Source of the DNA: Azolla caroliniana
Lineage: Eukaryota; Plantae; Polypodiophyta
Assembly (NCBI GenBank): GCA_043228905.1
Contig: JBHGNT010001119.1
Span: forward strand, 1-11,866
DNA length: 11,866 nt
Direction of reading: 5' to 3'
In this document: positions 8,944 to 11,866 of the stretch, in pieces
Layout of the letters: each line of letters starts with the position of its first letter
Position numbering within the stretch: the first letter of the stretch is position 1
Made by a program: the position numbers and the translations under genes
The notes under the pieces: generated by a model
Told to the model about the DNA's origin: nothing
Databases searched by the model: none
Seen by the model: the letters and a program-made list of their open reading frames with translations, nothing else

Positions 8944-9091
8944 GAACCTCAATGGTGTGGGACATTGAGGAGGTTCGGTTCAGCTCAAGTTATTGCTAAG
9001 GGGTGATTGGGTGGTTTGGCACCCCTCTTTCCTTTGTTTTGTCAATACTTCCTTATCTTTTGTTTAATTTATTACTTAAACTCTAACACTT

Positions 9092-9390
9092 ATGTATGAA
9101 TGCATAAATATATGAACCTATATTTGTATGAATGAATAAATGTGTGTGTAGGGTATGTGTGCATAAATGAATGAATGTGTGTAGCATATGTGTAGATAAA
9201 TGAATGTGTGTGTAGTGTATGTATTGTGAAGGTGGTTAATTTCCATGTTAAATTTTCTATGTATATATTTGGAATGTGGTTAATTTCCATGTTAAATTTT
9301 CTATGTATGTATATTAAAACCCTAATACTAATTTTGAATGAGCATGTGTGTGTAGGTATCAATGAATTTTTTTGTTCATGTACATGTGTA
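9092..9390. repeat. low-complexity TG/TGAA/TATG region containing a 33-bp exact duplication
   Basis: Degenerate (TG)n and (TGAA)n. GTGGTTAATTTCCATGTTAAATTTTCTATGTAT occurs at 9232-9264 and 9276-9308. Confidence 0.85.
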
Positions 9391-9429
9391 ACCATAATAT
9401 TAACTCCAGACTTAATTAACTAAACATAT

Positions 9430-9768
9430 CTAGCAATTGAAGAGGGGATCTCGGTGCCAATCTATTGCATTGTTGCACATCAACAATGTAAGCTTTTGGT
9501 CTTATGAACCCCCTTTCTTAAAAATAATGTAAAAACATTTAAAAAAGGCATCACACAACGATGTCTTTCTAGGCACATTGCTATGCAACGTGTAAAAATG
9601 CGTTGTTATGTGAAGTTTTTTTATGCATGTCATTTAGCAACACATTCTAGTATGGAAACATTACATCAACGTTGGTACCGTCGCACAATGGTGCACACTT
9701 GAGGTGTTGCTTTGAGATGCACTTTAGCAAAAACAAGGCCATTGCTAATCCCCAATTCTGTTGTAGTG
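9430..9768. mobile_element. one terminus of a CACTA (En/Spm-type) DNA transposon with subterminal repeats
   Basis: Ends TTCTGTTGTAGTG (9756-9768), the reverse complement of CACTACAACAGAA. Preceded by direct and inverted TAGCAACG/CGTTGCTA-like motifs (cattgcta, tgcaacg, cgttgtta, tagcaaca, cgtcgca, tgttgctt, tagcaaaa, cattgcta). Left boundary uncertain. Confidence 0.7.
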
Positions 9769-9939
9769 AATGCCAAGTTGTCAAGAATAGGGTGCTCATA
9801 GATGTCAAATATTTGCATTTCATTTCTTTTGAGGAGTACAGTTTGCCCTCCTGTTAGTCCTCTTGTGTGGATGAGACCTTTCTGGTTTTGTATGTGCTTA
9901 TGTATTCTTTGTAAATGTGATTGGATTGTATACACATGA

Positions 9940-9977
9940 TTGTGTTTGAGTGTGAGTGAGTGAGTGAGTGTGTGTGC
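9940..9977. repeat. (TGAG)n/(TG)n microsatellite
   Basis: tgtgtttgagtgtgagtgagtgagtgagtgtgtgtg. Confidence 0.85.
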
Positions 9978-10368
9978 ATAGGTAATTAAGGTTTTATTAT
10001 TTGAAGGGAATATATATTTATGCATGTGTGTGTGCTCACATGTGGATAGGTTCAAAGGTAGGTATGTATCCGTTTTATAAATAGAAAGATGGGTGAAAGC
10101 ATGGGAATGGGAAAAATTAGTTGCATCCTTGACATAACTAATTAGCTTTGCAATTTTAAATGAGATTATCAAAATGTAATCTCAAATAAAATTAGAATTA
10201 AATGCGTACCATAAATAGTAATATTAGAAGGGTTTAATTATATAGAAAATTCCTTGGTGGATTCAATGCCCCATTATGCACGATCAATCGCATTAGTAAC
10301 ATGTTTGGTATTGTTCCTCACTCATCATTCCTCTATAACCTTCCTTCCCTCATACATGTTTCTATCCA

Positions 10369-10793
10369 CCTCTATAAGTATTGTTGCTGCAATCGCCCCA
10401 TATTGCCTCCGCATGTATTTCTGTTGCAATTGCTCCTTATTGCTTCTGTTTGTACCATTGTTGCAATCACTTATTATTACCTTAATTTGTATCATCGCTA
10501 CAATCGCTCATTCCTGGCTCAATAGCTTTTGTTGTTGCCTATAATCATCACTACCTCTATAAGTATCACCTCAGCAAGTATCGTTGCTGCAATTGTTGCC
10601 CTTACTCGACTCTACAATTATCGCTGCTACAATCACTCCTTATTGATTGTGCAAGTACCACCGCTGAAATGACTACTTACGCCTTTGCAAATACCGTCGC
10701 TGAAATCACCCACTTACCACCTTTACAAGTCCCACCTCTGAAATCACTCCTTATCGCCTTTGCAAATACCCCTATTACAATCGCTCCTCACAT
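10369..10793. repeat. degenerate 37-bp minisatellite, about 10 units in two blocks
   Basis: Units start at 10369, 10406, 10443, 10480, then 10569, 10609, 10646, 10682, 10720, 10757. Approximate consensus CCTYTGCAAGTAYCRTCGCTGMAATCRCTCCTTATYG. Confidence 0.88.
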
Positions 10794-10814
10794 ATAAAAT
10801 TCCTTATTTTCCAC

Positions 10815-10857
10815 CCTCTTGCATGTGGTATAGTCATTCCTTCCTCTTGCATGTGGT
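10815..10857. repeat. 15-bp direct repeat
   Basis: CCTCTTGCATGTGGT at 10815-10829 and 10843-10857. Confidence 0.85.
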
Positions 10858-11019
10858 CAAGTGGATACAACATTGGCCACATTCATTGTTATTTCCCCCC
10901 ATTTATGTCTCATTCTTCTTTTGAATTAGCTAATTACGAATTTTCAATGGGAGAGGGGAAGTAGAGTATTTATCAATAGCCCTCATGAATCCTAAAGACA
11001 GGGATATGGATATTGGTAA

Positions 11020-11468
11020 TGTTAAGAATTAGATAATTAAGCAAGGGTTAATTAACGTCTAATTATCTGAGTGGTTGATAAACGGAAGATTATGTGATAT
11101 CTGTGTGTATGTGTGTGAGAGGAAGAGAGAGAGAGAGGAAGTTACACTTATGAACAATAATATAAATGGGGAATGATTAACGAGAGTATATATTAAAAAG
11201 CATCATCAAATACAAAAATACCCACAATGAGGTATATATATACATCTCATGTGCAAAGGTGCACATTTGTGAGTAGAATGTAGGTACAAAGGTGTAAGTT
11301 CTATATTAAATGAACATGGGAGTGGAGGATCTACAATGTATCCCACTCAAGTACAACATCCTATTTAAGGCTTTAAGGTCAACACACTAACTATATTCTA
11401 TTTAGGTAACTACTAAGTTACGTGTGTTGACTAACTAACTAAATCTAGTTGAGCTTGATATCTCAACA
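11020..11468 (-). repeat. 3' LTR of element D (~449 bp)
   Basis: TGTTAAGA (11020-11027) and TCTCAACA (11461-11468) form a 7/8 inverted repeat next to the PPT. TATATATATA at ~11233-11242, then a CT/CA microsatellite downstream on the minus strand. Confidence 0.82.
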
Positions 11469-11477
11469 CGCCCCCTC
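11469..11477 (-). other. polypurine tract of element D
   Basis: Minus strand GAGGGGGCG directly followed by TGTTGAGA. Confidence 0.85.
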
Positions 11478-11639
11478 AAGCTCAAGTGTGAGGTGTCCGA
11501 CGTCCGCTTTGTCTTTCGTCGGCTTCGGCTTCGGCTTCCGTCCGGCCTTCGACTTTCTTCGGCCTTTCCAAGCCAATCTCGGTTCCTCCCCCTAAAGCTG
11601 GTGACGAAGGCTTGTAGTGTGAAATGGGCGAAGGATGAT

Positions 11640-11837
11640 TGCTTCTACCCATCGTGGGTCACGAGCCACTTCTGTAGAGCTCTCAGGCTCTTGTTCGGTC
11701 ACTACCTTCATCGCGGAGGTATAATGATGGGCCATATACTCGTAACTGAGTTGAGTGACGGGGTTCTTCTTTCTAGATGAGCGTCGAAGTTTTTCGCTCA
11801 CCGATGTGAGTGCCTTCTTTACTCCGGGTGTTTGCAT
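11640..11837 (-). pseudogene. pol: INT-RT linker and first RT residues of element D
   Basis: LRRSSRKKNPV...EQEPESSTEVARDPRWVEA matches copia LRRSxR...EPxSxxEAxxDPxWxxAM. Homology stops at the expected Met. Confidence 0.85.
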
Positions 11838-11866
11838 AATGGGTACACCAAACTCACTATCTAGTG

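Larger units (their letters stand above)
11020..11866 (-). mobile_element. Ty1/copia element D, internally deleted (no RT/RH core), related to B at the PPT/LTR edge
   Basis: INT-RT linker at ~11640-11866, then a ~160-bp 3' region, PPT and LTR. Continues beyond the window. Confidence 0.85.

Noticed and set aside
9090-10172. His/Thr-rich or Cys/Val-rich ORFs (9090-9395, 9208-9423, 9666-10172)
   Set aside because: Produced by TG/CA microsatellites. The longest one crosses the CACTA boundary.
10369-10793. CRISPR-like array (37-bp periodicity)
   Set aside because: Units are head-to-tail with no unique spacers and are degenerate. There are no cas genes and the context is eukaryotic.
11612-11619. 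Second CACTA-like end (TTGTAGTG)
   Set aside because: No subterminal repeats, and it has the same orientation as the 9768 end so cannot pair with it. Likely chance.

Overview
Transposon-derived, eukaryotic DNA with no intact host gene; it is most likely from a land plant (inferred from the copia, CACTA and LINE mix and from CG/CHG-type decay). It holds four Ty1/copia LTR-retrotransposon remnants. A (+, 1-~1927) runs from the gag zinc knuckle through protease and integrase to the linker. C (-, 1969-~3862) carries RT-RNase H, a PPT and a 540-bp 3' LTR. B (+, ~3863-~5081) carries the RNase H C-terminus, a ~550-bp extension, a PPT and a 3' LTR. D (-, 11020-11866) carries the INT-RT linker fused almost directly to the 3' end (RT/RH deleted), a PPT and a 449-bp 3' LTR. 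Between B and D lie a 5'-truncated RTE/RTEX-like LINE (-, ~8034-8943), a lone CACTA end (ending 9768), a 37-bp minisatellite, microsatellites and short duplications. The most unusual signals are shared by B and D: two PPT-like motifs separated by an in-frame charged extension after RNase H, and a 10-bp stem that holds the PPT and LTR start in its loop. All calls come from motif reading by eye; no searches were run.
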